This document shows, piece by piece, positions 1 to 10,644 of a stretch of DNA of 64,000 nt (position 1 is the first letter of the stretch; each line of letters begins with the position of its first letter). The stretch is taken from contig JAIYDS010000015.1 of assembly GCA_027487385.1 (NCBI GenBank), positions 282-64,281 of the forward strand, given 5' to 3'. A model generated the notes under the pieces. The model searched no databases, was not told the DNA's origin, and saw only the letters and a program-made list of their open reading frames with translations. This stretch comes from Acetobacteraceae bacterium (GTDB taxonomy: Bacteria; Pseudomonadota; Alphaproteobacteria; Acetobacterales; Acetobacteraceae). The position numbers and the translations under genes are program-made.

Positions 1-1367
1 ACGTGCAGCACGCCCTCCTTCACCAGCGCGGTGCGCAGCGCGATGCAGACATCCATGTTCCCATCCACGCCGAAATAGCCGAGGCCGCCCGCATAAAGCC
101 CGCGCCGCGAGGGCTCCAGCTCCTCGATGATTTCCATCGCCCGCACCTTGGGCGCGCCCGAGAGCGTGCCGGCCGGGAAGCCCGCCTGCAGCGCGTCCAG
201 CGCCGAAAGGCCGGCTCGGAGGCGGCCGCGCACCTCGGAGGCGATGTGCATCACCTGGGAATAGCGCTCGATGCGGAATTGCGCCGTGACCTTCACCGTG
301 CCGATGGCGGCCACGCGGCCCACATCATTGCGGCCGAGGTCGAGCAGCATGAGGTGCTCGGCGCGCTCCTTCGGATCGGCCAGCAGCTCGGCCTCCAGCG
401 CCAGATCCTCCTCCGGCGTGGCGCCGCGGCGGCGGGTGCCGGCCAGGGGACGGATGGTGACCTCGCCCTCCTTCACGCTCACCAGGATTTCCGGCGAGGC
501 GCCGACGGTCGCGAAGCCGCCGAAATCGAAGAAGGTGAGGTAGGGCGCCGGGTTGATCCGGCGCAGCGCGCGATAGAGCGCGAAGGGCGGCAGCGCGAAG
601 GGCGCCGAGAAGCGCTGGCTGGGGACGATCTGGAAGGCATCGCCGGCGCGGATATATTCGCGGGCGCGCTCCACCGCCGCCATATAGGCCTCGGGCGTGA
701 AGTTGGAGGTCGGCGCGGGCGGGGCCGGCAGGCGGGCCGGCGGCGCCGGGCGGGGCAGGGGGCGGTCCAGCGCGGCCTCGGCCTCATCCAGGCGCGATTG
801 CGCCAGCGCCCAGGCGGCTTCGGCATCCAGGCCGGAATCGGCCCAGACGGGGGTCACCAGCGTCAGCGCATCGCGCACATGGTCAAAGACGGCGACCAGC
901 GTGGGGCGGATCATCACCGCCTCGGGGATGCCCAGCACATCCGGGTTGGTGGCCGGCAGGCGCTCCATCTGGCGCACCATGTCATAGCCGAGATAGCCGA
1001 AGAGGCCGGCGCAGATCGGCGGCAGGCCCGGCGGCAGCGTCATGCGGATGGCGGCGATGCGGGCGGCCAGCGCCTCCAGCGGCGGCAGGGCCTCGGGCTC
1101 GAAGGCGTGGGGCGCGGCGAGCGCCTGGGTGTTGCACTCGGCCTGGCCCGCCCGGCAGCGCCAGATCAGGTCCGGCGCCATGCCGATGGCGGAGAAGCGG
1201 CCGCGCGCGGCCCCACCCTCGACGCTTTCCAGCAGGAAGGAATGCGCCTGGCCATGGGCGAGCTTGAGGAAGCTGCCCACCGGCGTTTCCAGATCCGCCA
1301 CGCGCTCGCGCCAGAGCAGCTGCGACTGGCCGGCCTCGAAACCCGCCCGGAACTCCGCGAAGCTCAT
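1..1367 (-). CDS. trpE: anthranilate synthase component I (3' end outside window)
   Basis: Not in the ORF track because it runs off the edge. Manual translation from ATG at 1367 gives MSFAEFRAGF...ADLETPVGSFLKL...FLLESVEGGAARGRFS, and the same frame ends NMDVCIALRTALVKEGVLH, matching TrpE N- and C-terminal motifs. Confidence 0.93.
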   Translation of the reverse strand, partial: MSFAEFRAGFEAGQSQLLWRERVADLETPVGSFLKLAHGQAHSFLLESVEGGAARGRFSAIGMAPDLIWRCRAGQAECNTQALAAPHAFEPEALPPLEALAARIAAIRMTLPPGLPPICAGLFGYLGYDMVRQMERLPATNPDVLGIPEAVMIRPTLVAVFDHVRDALTLVTPVWADSGLDAEAAWALAQSRLDEAEAALDRPLPRPAPPARLPAPPAPTSNFTPEAYMAAVERAREYIRAGDAFQIVPSQRFSAPFALPPFALYRALRRINPAPYLTFFDFGGFATVGASPEILVSVKEGEVTIRPLAGTRRRGATPEEDLALEAELLADPKERAEHLMLLDLGRNDVGRVAAIGTVKVTAQFRIERYSQVMHIASEVRGRLRAGLSALDALQAGFPAGTLSGAPKVRAMEIIEELEPSRRGLYAGGLGYFGVDGNMDVCIALRTALVKEGVLH

Positions 1368-1368
1368 C

Positions 1369-3261
1369 TCAATTGCCCGCCATCTGGTCCACCAGGCGCG
1401 GATTGATCCGCACATTGGCCCGGGCGCGCAAGGCGGCCTGGTATTGCGCCTCGAAATCCTCGGCCATGGCCTGGGCCGTCTCGCCGCGCAGGGTGGCGAG
1501 TGCGGCGGCCTCGCCCGAGAGGTCGGCCGGCGTCACGCTGAGCAGTTGCATCACGGCGAAGGATTGCGCGCGCTCGATCATGGTGGTGGCGTTGGGGGCC
1601 AGCTCGAAGACCGGGGCAAGGAGGTCACGCGGCATGGGGTTGCCGCCGCCCGCCTCGCGGCCGAAGGGGCCGAGCTCCTCGGCGGTAATCTGTGCGGCCT
1701 CGGCGGCGGCGGCGAGCGTCTGGCCCCCGCGCGTGGCGGCGAGCAGGGCGGCGGCGCGCTCCTCCTGCCAGCGGCGGCGGGCGGCGGCCAGGAAGCCGGC
1801 GAGGACCTGTTCGCGGACGGTCTCCAGCGGGCGCAGCGCGGGGGGCGTGATCTCGCGGACATCCATGGCCAGGAAGCCCCATTCGCCCTCCTGCAGGCGG
1901 GGGGCGGCGCCGCGCTCGGCGGTGAAGATGGCGCGCAGCACGGCCGGGCGCACGGCGGCGGCGACGGGGAGTTCCACCTCGCGCCCATCCGGCGCGCGGC
2001 CCGTGGCATCCATGCGCGTCTCGACATAGCCGAGCGAGTAGCGGCGCGCGGCCTCGGCCAGGCTGGCGCCGCCGGCGAGTGCATCCTCCACGCGGTTCAC
2101 GCGCTCGAAGGCGAGGTCGGCCGCGCGCTCGGCCTGGATTTCGGCGCGGATTTCGCCGCGCACCTCATCCAGGCTGCGCTGGGCGCCGGCTTCGATCTGC
2201 CCCACGCGCAGCACATGCCACCCAAAGGGCGAGCGCACGGGGGCGGAGACGGCGCCGGGGGCCAGGGCGAAGGCGGCCTCGGCCAGGGTGGGCAGCGGCA
2301 GGTCGGCGCGGGTGGAAAGCCCCAGCGCGCTGGCCATGCCGCCTGCGGCGCGGGCGGCGGCCTCGATCGCGGCGAAGCTCGCCTCACCCTGCCAGAGCGT
2401 GGCGATGGCCTGGGCGGCGGCCTCCTCCTGCATCACGGCCTGGAAGATCTCGCGCTTCTCGGGGGTTTCGTAGCGGGCGCGGTTGGCGGCGTAGCCATCC
2501 TCGATGTCGCGCTCGCTCACCTCGATCTCGGCCATCAGCCGGGCGGCGTTGAGCGTGGCCAGCGCCACGTCGCGGTATTCGGGGGTGGAGAATTGCCGGG
2601 CGTTGTTCTCGTGGAAGCGGGAGAGCTGGGCCTCGGTCGGCGCCTCGGGTTCGGGCGCCTCGGCGAAGGGGAGTTCCACCAGGGTGGCGGTCCGGCGCTC
2701 CTGCGCCCAGGCCAGCATGCGCAGCGCCAGCGCCTCGGGCGCGGCCGCACCCGCGCGCACCGCGCCCGAGAGCTGCTGCCGGCCGAGATCGGTGCGCAGC
2801 AGGTCGAGGAAGCGCGCCTCCGTCATCTCATTGCTGCGCAGGAAATTGTTGAAGATGTCGCGCGAGAAGCGGCCATCCAGGCCGGCGAAGCCGGGGATCT
2901 GGAAGATGTAGTCGCGCACCACCTCATCGGGCACCACGATCTGCATGCGGGCCTGTTCCTGGCGCAGCACGCGGTCCAGCACGAGGCCTTCGAGGGCCTG
3001 CTCGGCCACGGCGCGGCGGATGCGGGCATCCATCTCGATGCGGCCCTGGAGCTGGCGCTGGATGCGCTGCAGCTCGCGCCGCGCGGCCTCCTGCGCTTCC
3101 TCGACCTCGATCGCGTCATTGCCCACGCGCGCCACGGCGGTGTCGCGCCCAATATTGCGCAGCATGTCCTCGATCCCCCAGACCGCGAAGGAGAGGATGA
3201 GCAGGACGAAGAGGAGCTTGGCGAACCAGGTGCCGGCCAGCCGGCGCATTGCGGTGATCAT
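1369..3261 (-). CDS. ppiD: SurA N-terminal domain / PpiD-like periplasmic chaperone (peptidylprolyl isomerase family)
   Basis: Start MITAMRRLAGTWFAKLLFVLLILSFAVWGI (N-terminal membrane anchor); parvulin-like VSAPVRSPFGWHVL; usual tpiA/ppiD/trpE neighbourhood. Confidence 0.85.
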   Translation of the reverse strand: MITAMRRLAGTWFAKLLFVLLILSFAVWGIEDMLRNIGRDTAVARVGNDAIEVEEAQEAARRELQRIQRQLQGRIEMDARIRRAVAEQALEGLVLDRVLRQEQARMQIVVPDEVVRDYIFQIPGFAGLDGRFSRDIFNNFLRSNEMTEARFLDLLRTDLGRQQLSGAVRAGAAAPEALALRMLAWAQERRTATLVELPFAEAPEPEAPTEAQLSRFHENNARQFSTPEYRDVALATLNAARLMAEIEVSERDIEDGYAANRARYETPEKREIFQAVMQEEAAAQAIATLWQGEASFAAIEAAARAAGGMASALGLSTRADLPLPTLAEAAFALAPGAVSAPVRSPFGWHVLRVGQIEAGAQRSLDEVRGEIRAEIQAERAADLAFERVNRVEDALAGGASLAEAARRYSLGYVETRMDATGRAPDGREVELPVAAAVRPAVLRAIFTAERGAAPRLQEGEWGFLAMDVREITPPALRPLETVREQVLAGFLAAARRRWQEERAAALLAATRGGQTLAAAAEAAQITAEELGPFGREAGGGNPMPRDLLAPVFELAPNATTMIERAQSFAVMQLLSVTPADLSGEAAALATLRGETAQAMAEDFEAQYQAALRARANVRINPRLVDQMAGN

Positions 3262-3342
3262 GCGAGGCGAATAGCCGGTTGCCGGGCGGTTGCCAAACGC
3301 GAGCGGTTTCTGTCCAATGCAACCAGACAAAAAGGGCACGCC

Positions 3343-4092
3343 ATGACCCCCGGGATCCGACCGCTCATTGCGGGCAATTGGAAGATGAATGGCTCTCAGC
3401 GCGACGCCGCGCGGCTGGCCGAGTCGCTGCGCGAGGGCGTGGAGAGCGTGGACCTGCTGATCTGCCCGCCCTTCGTCCATCTGCATGCCGTGGCGGCGCT
3501 CATGCTGGGCAGCCGCGTGGCCGTCGGCGCGCAGGATTGCCACGCGGCGCATCACGGCGCCCATACCGGCGATGTGAGCGCGGCCATGCTGCGCGATGTG
3601 GGCGCCACCCATGTCATCCTCGGCCATTCCGAACGGCGCACCAATCACGGCGAGAATGACGCGGCCGTGCTGGCCAAGACCGAGGCCGCGCTGACCGCCG
3701 GCCTCATCCCCATCATCTGTGTGGGCGAGACGGAGGCCGAGCGGCTGGCGGGCCTGGCCGATTCGGTGGTGGAGAAGCAATTGGGCGGCTCCATCCCCTA
3801 TGGCTTCATCACGGCGGGCGGGATCGTGGCCTATGAGCCGGTCTGGGCCATCGGCACGGGCCGCACGCCGACCGAGCGCGACATCGCCTCGATGCACGCC
3901 ACCATGCGCACCGCGCTGGTGGAGCGCTTCGGGCCTGCGGCGCGGACCACGCGGCTGCTCTATGGCGGCTCGGTCAAGCCCTCCAACGCGGCCGAGATCC
4001 TGGCCCTGCCGGATGTGGATGGCGCGCTGGTGGGGGGCGCGAGCCTGGTGGCGGCGGATTTCCTGGCCATCGCGCGCGCCGTGCCCGAATAG
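3343..4092 (+). CDS. tpiA: triosephosphate isomerase
   Basis: [40 protein letters not shown] motifs. True start is MTPGIRP at 3343 inside the long ORF 1042..4092. Confidence 0.97.
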   Translation: MTPGIRPLIAGNWKMNGSQRDAARLAESLREGVESVDLLICPPFVHLHAVAALMLGSRVAVGAQDCHAAHHGAHTGDVSAAMLRDVGATHVILGHSERRTNHGENDAAVLAKTEAALTAGLIPIICVGETEAERLAGLADSVVEKQLGGSIPYGFITAGGIVAYEPVWAIGTGRTPTERDIASMHATMRTALVERFGPAARTTRLLYGGSVKPSNAAEILALPDVDGALVGGASLVAADFLAIARAVPE

Positions 4093-4181
4093 GCGCCGTC
4101 CCGCATCTTGGGGCTTCGCTATGAGCGCGGGTGCGGCTATCACACAGGCTTAACCTGTTGCCCGGGAAGCCCTTGGACCCC

Positions 4182-4943
4182 ATGACCGCCGAAGCGAGGC
4201 CCGTTCCACCCCCTGGCCCGCCCCCCGAAGCCTTCCGCCTGCGCGGCAGCAATTACAGCCTGCTGACCTTGCGCCTGCTGACGGGCGATGTGAACGCGGT
4301 GCTGCCGGCGCTGGGCGACCAGTTCCGCAAGGCGCCCGGCTTCCTGCGCTTCGCGCCCATCGCCATCGGGCTGGATGATCTGGGCGGGGAGCAGGTGGAT
4401 TTCCCGGCGCTGATCGCGGGGCTGCGGGCCTTGGAAATCCTGCCCATCGGCGTGGTGGGCGGGCCGCAATTGCTGCGTGCCTCGGCAGCCGGCGCCGGGC
4501 TGCCCACGCTGCGCCCGGCCGGCCAGCGCGATACGGAGCTGGAGGCGCCATCCCCCGTGGCCGCGCCCCCCGTCGCCATCGCGCCCGCGCCGGTTGCGGC
4601 CCCCGCCCCCGCCACGCGCACCATGGTGGTGAACCAGAACATCCGCGCGGGACAGCGCGTCTATGCCGAGGGGAGCGACCTCATCATCATCGGCTCCGTC
4701 AATGCGGGGGCCGAGGTGCTGGCCGATGGCAATATCCACATCTATGGCGCGCTGCGCGGCCGGGCCCTGGCCGGCGCCTCCGAGGATGGCGAGGCGCGCA
4801 TCTTCGCCCAGAATTTCGACCCGGAGCTGGTCGCCATCTCCGGCTTCTACGCGGTGCGCGAGGGGCTGACCCCCGCCTCCATCGGCCGCGGGGTGCAGGT
4901 GCGCCTCGATGGCGAGCAATTGCGGTTCGACCCTTTCGGCTGA
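4182..4943 (+). CDS. minC: septum site-determining protein MinC
   Basis: IRAGQRVYA, GSVNAGAEVLADGNIHIYGALRGRALAG; directly upstream of minD and minE. Confidence 0.95.
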   Translation: MTAEARPVPPPGPPPEAFRLRGSNYSLLTLRLLTGDVNAVLPALGDQFRKAPGFLRFAPIAIGLDDLGGEQVDFPALIAGLRALEILPIGVVGGPQLLRASAAGAGLPTLRPAGQRDTELEAPSPVAAPPVAIAPAPVAAPAPATRTMVVNQNIRAGQRVYAEGSDLIIIGSVNAGAEVLADGNIHIYGALRGRALAGASEDGEARIFAQNFDPELVAISGFYAVREGLTPASIGRGVQVRLDGEQLRFDPFG

Positions 4944-4973
4944 CGCCGGACTCCACTTACGAAGGAACACAAC

Positions 4974-5791
<818 letters not shown>

Positions 5792-5795
<4 letters not shown>

Positions 5796-6076
5796 GCTGG
5801 CTGAATTTCTTCCGCAAGGAGCGCGAGGACAAGGGCTCCGCCTCCACCGCCAAGGACCGCTTGCAGGTCATCATCAGCCATGAGCGCGTCAGCCGCACCC
5901 AGGCCGATTTCCTGCCAAAGCTGCAGCAGGAGTTGGTGGCCGTGGTGGCGCGCTATGTCGCCATTGACCCGGCCAAGGTGCAGGTGAACCTGGAGCGCGG
6001 CGGGGATTTCTCGACACTGGCCATCGATATCGAATTGCCCGGTCCGGCGGCGGTGCCGGGCGGCCGCGCGGCGTGA
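5792..6076 (+). CDS. minE: cell division topological specificity factor MinE
   Basis: MSWLNFF membrane-targeting helix, SASTAKDRLQVIISHER; ATGA overlap with minD. Confidence 0.96.
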
Positions 6077-7107
6077 CGCCTGCCCTGAAGGCGGCCACGG
6101 ATTTCGCCCTGGCGCATGAGACACCCTGGCCGCGCGACATCCTCGCGCACCTCGAATCTGGTTTCTTCGAGGGGCCGCCTGACAATGAAGTGATCGGCCC
6201 CACGGCCCCGCGCGGCGGGCCGAACGGCGTGATCTACCGGCACGGCCAGCGCATCGCGGAATGGGGTGATCCGACGCGCGCGGACATGACCTTCAGCGTG
6301 GCCAAGAGCTACCTCGCGATCCTCGCCGGCCTCGCCGTGCAGGATGGGCTGCTGCCGGACCTCGATGCGCGCGTGAGCGACCGCGTGCCGCATCCGGCCT
6401 TCGCCACGGTGCAGAACGCGCCCATCACCTGGCGGCATCTGCTGACCAACACCTCTGAATTCGAGGGCGAGTTGTTCGGCAAGAGCGACCTCATTGATCG
6501 CGGCCGGAATCTCGGCGTGGAAGGGCAGGGAAAGAAGCGCAGCCCGCGCCCCATGCAGCCGCCTGGCAGCTATTGGGAATACAACGACGTCCGCGTGAAC
6601 GCTCTGGCGCTGGCCTTACTGCACCTCTTCCGCCGCCCGCTGCCCGAAATCTGGGCCGAGCGGATCATGGGGCCGATCGGCGCCGGCACCGGCTGGCAAT
6701 GGCGCGGCTACAGCACCTCCCAGGTCGAGATCGATGGCCGGATGATCGAGAGCGTCTCAGGCGGCGGGCATTGGGGCGGCGGCATCATCATCAACGCCGA
6801 GGACCAGGCGCGCGTGGGCCTGCTGGTCGCGGGCGATGGCGAGTGGAACGGCAAGCGCATCGTCGCCAAGGAGTGGCTCGACCTCTGCCGCACGCCCTGC
6901 GCGCTGAACCCGCATTACGGCTTCCTCTTCTGGCTCAACACCGGCCGCACGAAATGGCCGGCGGCGAGCGAGGGAGCGGTCTGCTTCTCGGGCGCCGGCG
7001 GCAACACCACCTGGATCGAACCGGCGGAGGGGATCGTCGCCGTCTCGCGCTGGCTGGATGGGGCGCATCTGAACGAGTTCATGCGGCTGGTGCGCGCCGC
7101 CGCATGA
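6073..7107 (+). CDS. serine hydrolase, beta-lactamase/penicillin-binding-protein-like family
   Basis: SxxK (FSVAKS), HLLTNTS, WEYND. GTG start overlaps the minE stop. No evident signal peptide. Confidence 0.82.
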   Translation: MTPALKAATDFALAHETPWPRDILAHLESGFFEGPPDNEVIGPTAPRGGPNGVIYRHGQRIAEWGDPTRADMTFSVAKSYLAILAGLAVQDGLLPDLDARVSDRVPHPAFATVQNAPITWRHLLTNTSEFEGELFGKSDLIDRGRNLGVEGQGKKRSPRPMQPPGSYWEYNDVRVNALALALLHLFRRPLPEIWAERIMGPIGAGTGWQWRGYSTSQVEIDGRMIESVSGGGHWGGGIIINAEDQARVGLLVAGDGEWNGKRIVAKEWLDLCRTPCALNPHYGFLFWLNTGRTKWPAASEGAVCFSGAGGNTTWIEPAEGIVAVSRWLDGAHLNEFMRLVRAAA

Positions 7108-7117
7108 GGCCCCTCCT

Positions 7118-8629
7118 TTGAGCCTGGCCCGCATCGTCACCTTCGCCTTCGCCGGGATCAAGCCGGTGCCGGTCGAGGTGCAGGTGCAGTTGGCCCCCGG
7201 CTTGCCCGCTTTCCTGCTGGTGGGCCTGGCCGACAAGGCGGTGGGCGAATCGCGCGAGCGGGTGCGCGCGGCTCTCACCGGCCTCGGCCTCTCGCTGCCG
7301 CCCAAGCGCATCCTGGTGAACCTCGCCCCGGCCGATCTCGCGAAGGAGGGCAGCCATTACGACCTGCCCATCGCGCTGGCCCTGCTGGCAGCCATGGACA
7401 TCCTGCCGCGCGAGGAACTGGCCGGCTTTGCCGCGTTGGGCGAACTTTCCCTGGATGGCGCCATCCTGCCCGTGGCCGGCGTGCTGCCCGCGGCGCTGGG
7501 CGCTTCGGAGCGCGGTCTTGGGCTGATCTGCCCGGCGGCCCAGGGGGGCGAGGCCGCCTGGGCCGGGCGGGGCGAGGTGCTGGCACCGGCCGACCTGCCG
7601 ACCATTCTCAACCATTTCCGCGGCGTGCAGGTCATGTCCCCGCCGGAGCCGCCGCGCATCGAGCCCACGGCCTGGCGCGGCCCCTGCCTCTCGGAGGTGA
7701 AGGGCCAGGAAAGCGCGAAGCGCGCGCTGGAGATCGCCGCCGCCGGTGGGCACAACCTGCTGATGATCGGCCCGCCCGGCGCCGGAAAATCCATGCTGGC
7801 CGCCCGCCTGCCCGGCCTGCTGCCCGAACTCACGCCCGGCGAGGCACTGGAGCTTTCCATGGTGCATTCCGTCGCCGGCCTGCTGCGCGACGGCAAGCTG
7901 CTGACCCTCCCGCCCTTCCGCGAGCCGCATCATTCCGCCAGCCAGGCTGCGCTGATCGGTGGCGGGCAGCGCGCCCGGCCGGGCGAGATCAGCCTGGCGC
8001 ATCACGGCGTGCTCTTCCTGGATGAATGGCCGGAATTCCCGCGCCCCGCGCTGGAGGCGCTGCGCCAGCCCATGGAGACCGGCCGCGCCGTCATCGCCCG
8101 CGCCCAGGCCCATGTGGAGTATCCCGCGCGCTTCCAATGCGTGGCGGCGATGAACCCCTGCCGCTGCGGCTATCTGGGCGATGCATCCCGCGAATGCGCC
8201 AAGGCGCCCCGTTGCGGCGACGAATATGCGGATCGCCTGAGCGGCCCCTTGCTGGACCGGATGGACATCACGCTCGAGGTGCAGGCGGTCCCGGCTGCCG
8301 AACTCTCCCGCGCCCCGGCCGGCGAGCCGACCGCCCGTGTGGCCGCCCGCGTGCGCGCGGCGCGCGAGATCCAGCGCGCGCGCTATGGCACCAAGGGCCC
8401 GCGCCACAATGCCGCGGCCGATGGCGCCGTGCTCGAAGCGACGGCGGCGCTGGAGCCCGCGGCGCGGGTGCTGCTGGAACAGGCGGCGGCACGGCTGGGG
8501 CTTTCCGCGCGGGGCTTCATCCGCACCATCCGCCTCGCGCGGACCATCGCGGACCTGGCGGCGGTGGACAGCGTGTCGCGCGCCCATCTGGCGGAGGCGC
8601 TGGCCTATCGAGGGCGGCGCCGGCGGTGA
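7118..8629 (+). CDS. comM: YifB/ComM family Mg-chelatase-like AAA+ ATPase
   Basis: VGLADKAVGESRERVR, NLAPADLAKEGSHYDLPIA, Walker A GPPGAGKS, LFLDE, AMNPCRCG. Confidence 0.93.
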   Translation: MSLARIVTFAFAGIKPVPVEVQVQLAPGLPAFLLVGLADKAVGESRERVRAALTGLGLSLPPKRILVNLAPADLAKEGSHYDLPIALALLAAMDILPREELAGFAALGELSLDGAILPVAGVLPAALGASERGLGLICPAAQGGEAAWAGRGEVLAPADLPTILNHFRGVQVMSPPEPPRIEPTAWRGPCLSEVKGQESAKRALEIAAAGGHNLLMIGPPGAGKSMLAARLPGLLPELTPGEALELSMVHSVAGLLRDGKLLTLPPFREPHHSASQAALIGGGQRARPGEISLAHHGVLFLDEWPEFPRPALEALRQPMETGRAVIARAQAHVEYPARFQCVAAMNPCRCGYLGDASRECAKAPRCGDEYADRLSGPLLDRMDITLEVQAVPAAELSRAPAGEPTARVAARVRAAREIQRARYGTKGPRHNAAADGAVLEATAALEPAARVLLEQAAARLGLSARGFIRTIRLARTIADLAAVDSVSRAHLAEALAYRGRRRR

Positions 8630-8650
8630 TGGGGACGGACTGGCACCACT

Positions 8651-8830
8651 TGGCTTTCCCGCTGGGTGTGACGGCGTTTTCTGCGCCCCACCGACGGGAG
8701 CCTCGCCAGGTCAACCAGCAGGATTTGGCCCAGGTTTCACCTCACTGACCTTCCCCTGAGTAGCGTCGAGCCCGGAAAGTGCCAAGCGCTCTTGGCTTTA
8801 CGGGGAAGGAGATGAGGCCTCCGCTTATCC
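8651..8830. mobile_element. possible degraded insertion-sequence end(s), no transposase
   Basis: 8746 begins TGACCTTCCCCTGA, resembling IS3/IS407-group left ends, followed by GGAAGGAG-ATG (8812) with no sustained ORF. 8651-8740 resembles non-coding left ends of alphaproteobacterial IS110-type elements. Pattern recall only, not searched. Confidence 0.3.
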
Positions 8831-8947
8831 GTCTCTGGGCGATGGCAAGGGCAAGTGAACAGTGAAGTTGGCCCAGATGACCGTGACGCCCCCTTTGGCC
8901 CATGATCCGCACTGGCCCTTCAAGCGCGAAGGACGCCGATCCACGCC

Positions 8948-9547
8948 CTACCCACCTGCAAGGCGCAGATGCGCCTCGGTCGGACAGCAGCCGCGGCCGT
9001 TGATGGGCAGGATGTCCTGCGGGCAGGCGGAGAAGGCCATCACCACATCCATCTCCGCGCGCAGCCGGACGAAGCTGCCCGGCGTCGAGACCGGCGCCTC
9101 GAAGGAAACGCTGCCATCCGGGCCGACGGGGATGTTCATGAAGAGGTTCAGCGGGCTCGGCGTCTCGCCGATGACGAAGCCGATCTCCCCCATCGCGGCC
9201 CAGAGATTGTCCTGGCAATTGTCGTGGTAGCCGGCCACGCCCAGCCCTTCGTACCGCCAGCGGTCGCAGGCCGCGATCAGCGTGTCGTGGATGCCGCCCG
9301 AATTGTCCTCGACCATGGAGAGGATGGGGCGGCGGCGATTGCTCAGCAGCGTGTCGCCGGGCCGGGGGATCAGGCGCAGCATGCCCGCGCGGCTGTGCTC
9401 CATGGACATGAACTCGCTGGCGTCCGCGGCATTGAAGGCCCAGGTGTCCACCACCTGCTCGCCATGGGTGTTCACGACGTCGACGCATTGGCCGGCCCGC
9501 AGACGCAGCGCCTTGCCACGCCGGGCGGGGATGGTGATCTCGTTCAT
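8948..9547 (-). CDS. DUF1989 / urea-carboxylase-associated family protein
   Basis: GEQVVDTWAF, HDTLIAACD, HDNC, PLNLFMNIP, SACPQD motifs. Confidence 0.88.
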   Translation of the reverse strand: MNEITIPARRGKALRLRAGQCVDVVNTHGEQVVDTWAFNAADASEFMSMEHSRAGMLRLIPRPGDTLLSNRRRPILSMVEDNSGGIHDTLIAACDRWRYEGLGVAGYHDNCQDNLWAAMGEIGFVIGETPSPLNLFMNIPVGPDGSVSFEAPVSTPGSFVRLRAEMDVVMAFSACPQDILPINGRGCCPTEAHLRLAGG

Positions 9548-10644
9548 TCGGTCGCTCCTGTTTCGATTTGCCACGCGCGCGCGTCATCCCGCGCCCAGCC
9601 CAGTTCCAGCGTATCGCCGCGTCCCGGCAGGGCGCCACCATCATTGGGGCGCTTGAAGACCAGCTCGCACCCTCCCGGCAGCAAGCAATGCCCGCGGAGG
9701 CGATCGCCCACGAAGATCACGTCGCTGAGCCGCGCGGTCACGCGGTTCTCGGCGGTCTCGGCCTCGGCGCCGAGGCGGATGCGCTCCGGCCGCACGGCGA
9801 TGGCCACCCGCGCGCCCTGCCCCGCCCCGTCGGCGGCGAGCGCGACCAGCGTCGGCAGGCCCTCGACCGCGACCTGGATCACATCGCCGTTACGCGCGCT
9901 GACGACGCCCTCGATGCGATTGCTCTCGCCGACGAAGCCCGCGACGAAGAGGCTGGCGGGCCGGGCGTACAGCTCGATCGGCGGCGCCACCTGCTGCACC
10001 CGGCCCTCATGGAAGACGGCGACGCGGTCCGACATGGCCATCGCCTCCTCCTGGTCATGGGTGACATAGATCATCGTGACGCCGAGGCTGGCATGCAGGC
10101 GCTTCAGCTCGATCTGCATCCGCTCCCGCAACTGGCGGTCGAGCGCGCCCAGCGGCTCGTCGAGCAGCACGAGGGGCGGCCGGAAGACCAGCGCGCGCGC
10201 CAGCGCGACGCGCTGCTGCTGCCCGCCGGAAAGCTGCCCGGGCCGCCGGTCCGCCAGGCCCGAGAGACCGACCAGCTCCACCGCCTCCGCCACCAGGCGC
10301 GCCGTCTCGGCCTGCGGCGTGCGCCGCACCGAGAGCGGGAAGGCGATGTTCTCCGCCACGCTCATGTGCGGGAAAAGCGCATAATTCTGGAACACCATGC
10401 CGAGGCCGCGGCGATGCGGCGGCAACCCGTCCACGCGCCGCCCCTCCAGCTCGATGCTGCCCTCGGTCGGCGTCTCGAAGCCCGCCAGCATCATCAACGT
10501 CGTCGTCTTGCCCGAGCCGGAGGGGCCAAGCAGCGTGAGGAACTCGCCCCGCGCCACATCGAGATCGAGCGCCCGCACGGCCATGGCCTGGCCGTCATAG
10601 CTCTTGCTGACGCCGCGCAGCCTGAGGATCGGCTCGCCGGTCAC
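9544..10644 (-). CDS. ABC transporter ATP-binding protein (PotA-like)
   Basis: [33 protein letters not shown]-terminal TOBE-like region. Confidence 0.93.
   Translation of the reverse strand: MTGEPILRLRGVSKSYDGQAMAVRALDLDVARGEFLTLLGPSGSGKTTTLMMLAGFETPTEGSIELEGRRVDGLPPHRRGLGMVFQNYALFPHMSVAENIAFPLSVRRTPQAETARLVAEAVELVGLSGLADRRPGQLSGGQQQRVALARALVFRPPLVLLDEPLGALDRQLRERMQIELKRLHASLGVTMIYVTHDQEEAMAMSDRVAVFHEGRVQQVAPPIELYARPASLFVAGFVGESNRIEGVVSARNGDVIQVAVEGLPTLVALAADGAGQGARVAIAVRPERIRLGAEAETAENRVTARLSDVIFVGDRLRGHCLLPGGCELVFKRPNDGGALPGRGDTLELGWARDDARAWQIETGATE

Noticed and set aside
3-1406. 467-aa plus-strand ORF and the many other long antisense ORFs (e.g. 29321..32215, 52975..55581)
   Set aside because: Shadow frames of real opposite-strand genes, expected at this GC content; no motifs.
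1042-4092. 1016-aa ORF appearing to be a giant TpiA fusion
   Set aside because: The N-terminal 767 aa are the antisense shadow of ppiD/trpE in GC-rich DNA; TpiA motifs start at the RBS-preceded ATG 3343.
7118-8629. comM interrupted by an integrated element
   Set aside because: The ORF is full length with an intact C-terminus (HLAEALAYR); I found no second comM fragment or att-like direct repeat by eye.
9547-9700. Guanidine riboswitch upstream of the DUF1989 gene
   Set aside because: The gene overlaps the upstream ABC ATPase stop, leaving no leader, and no ykkC-type motif was recognised.
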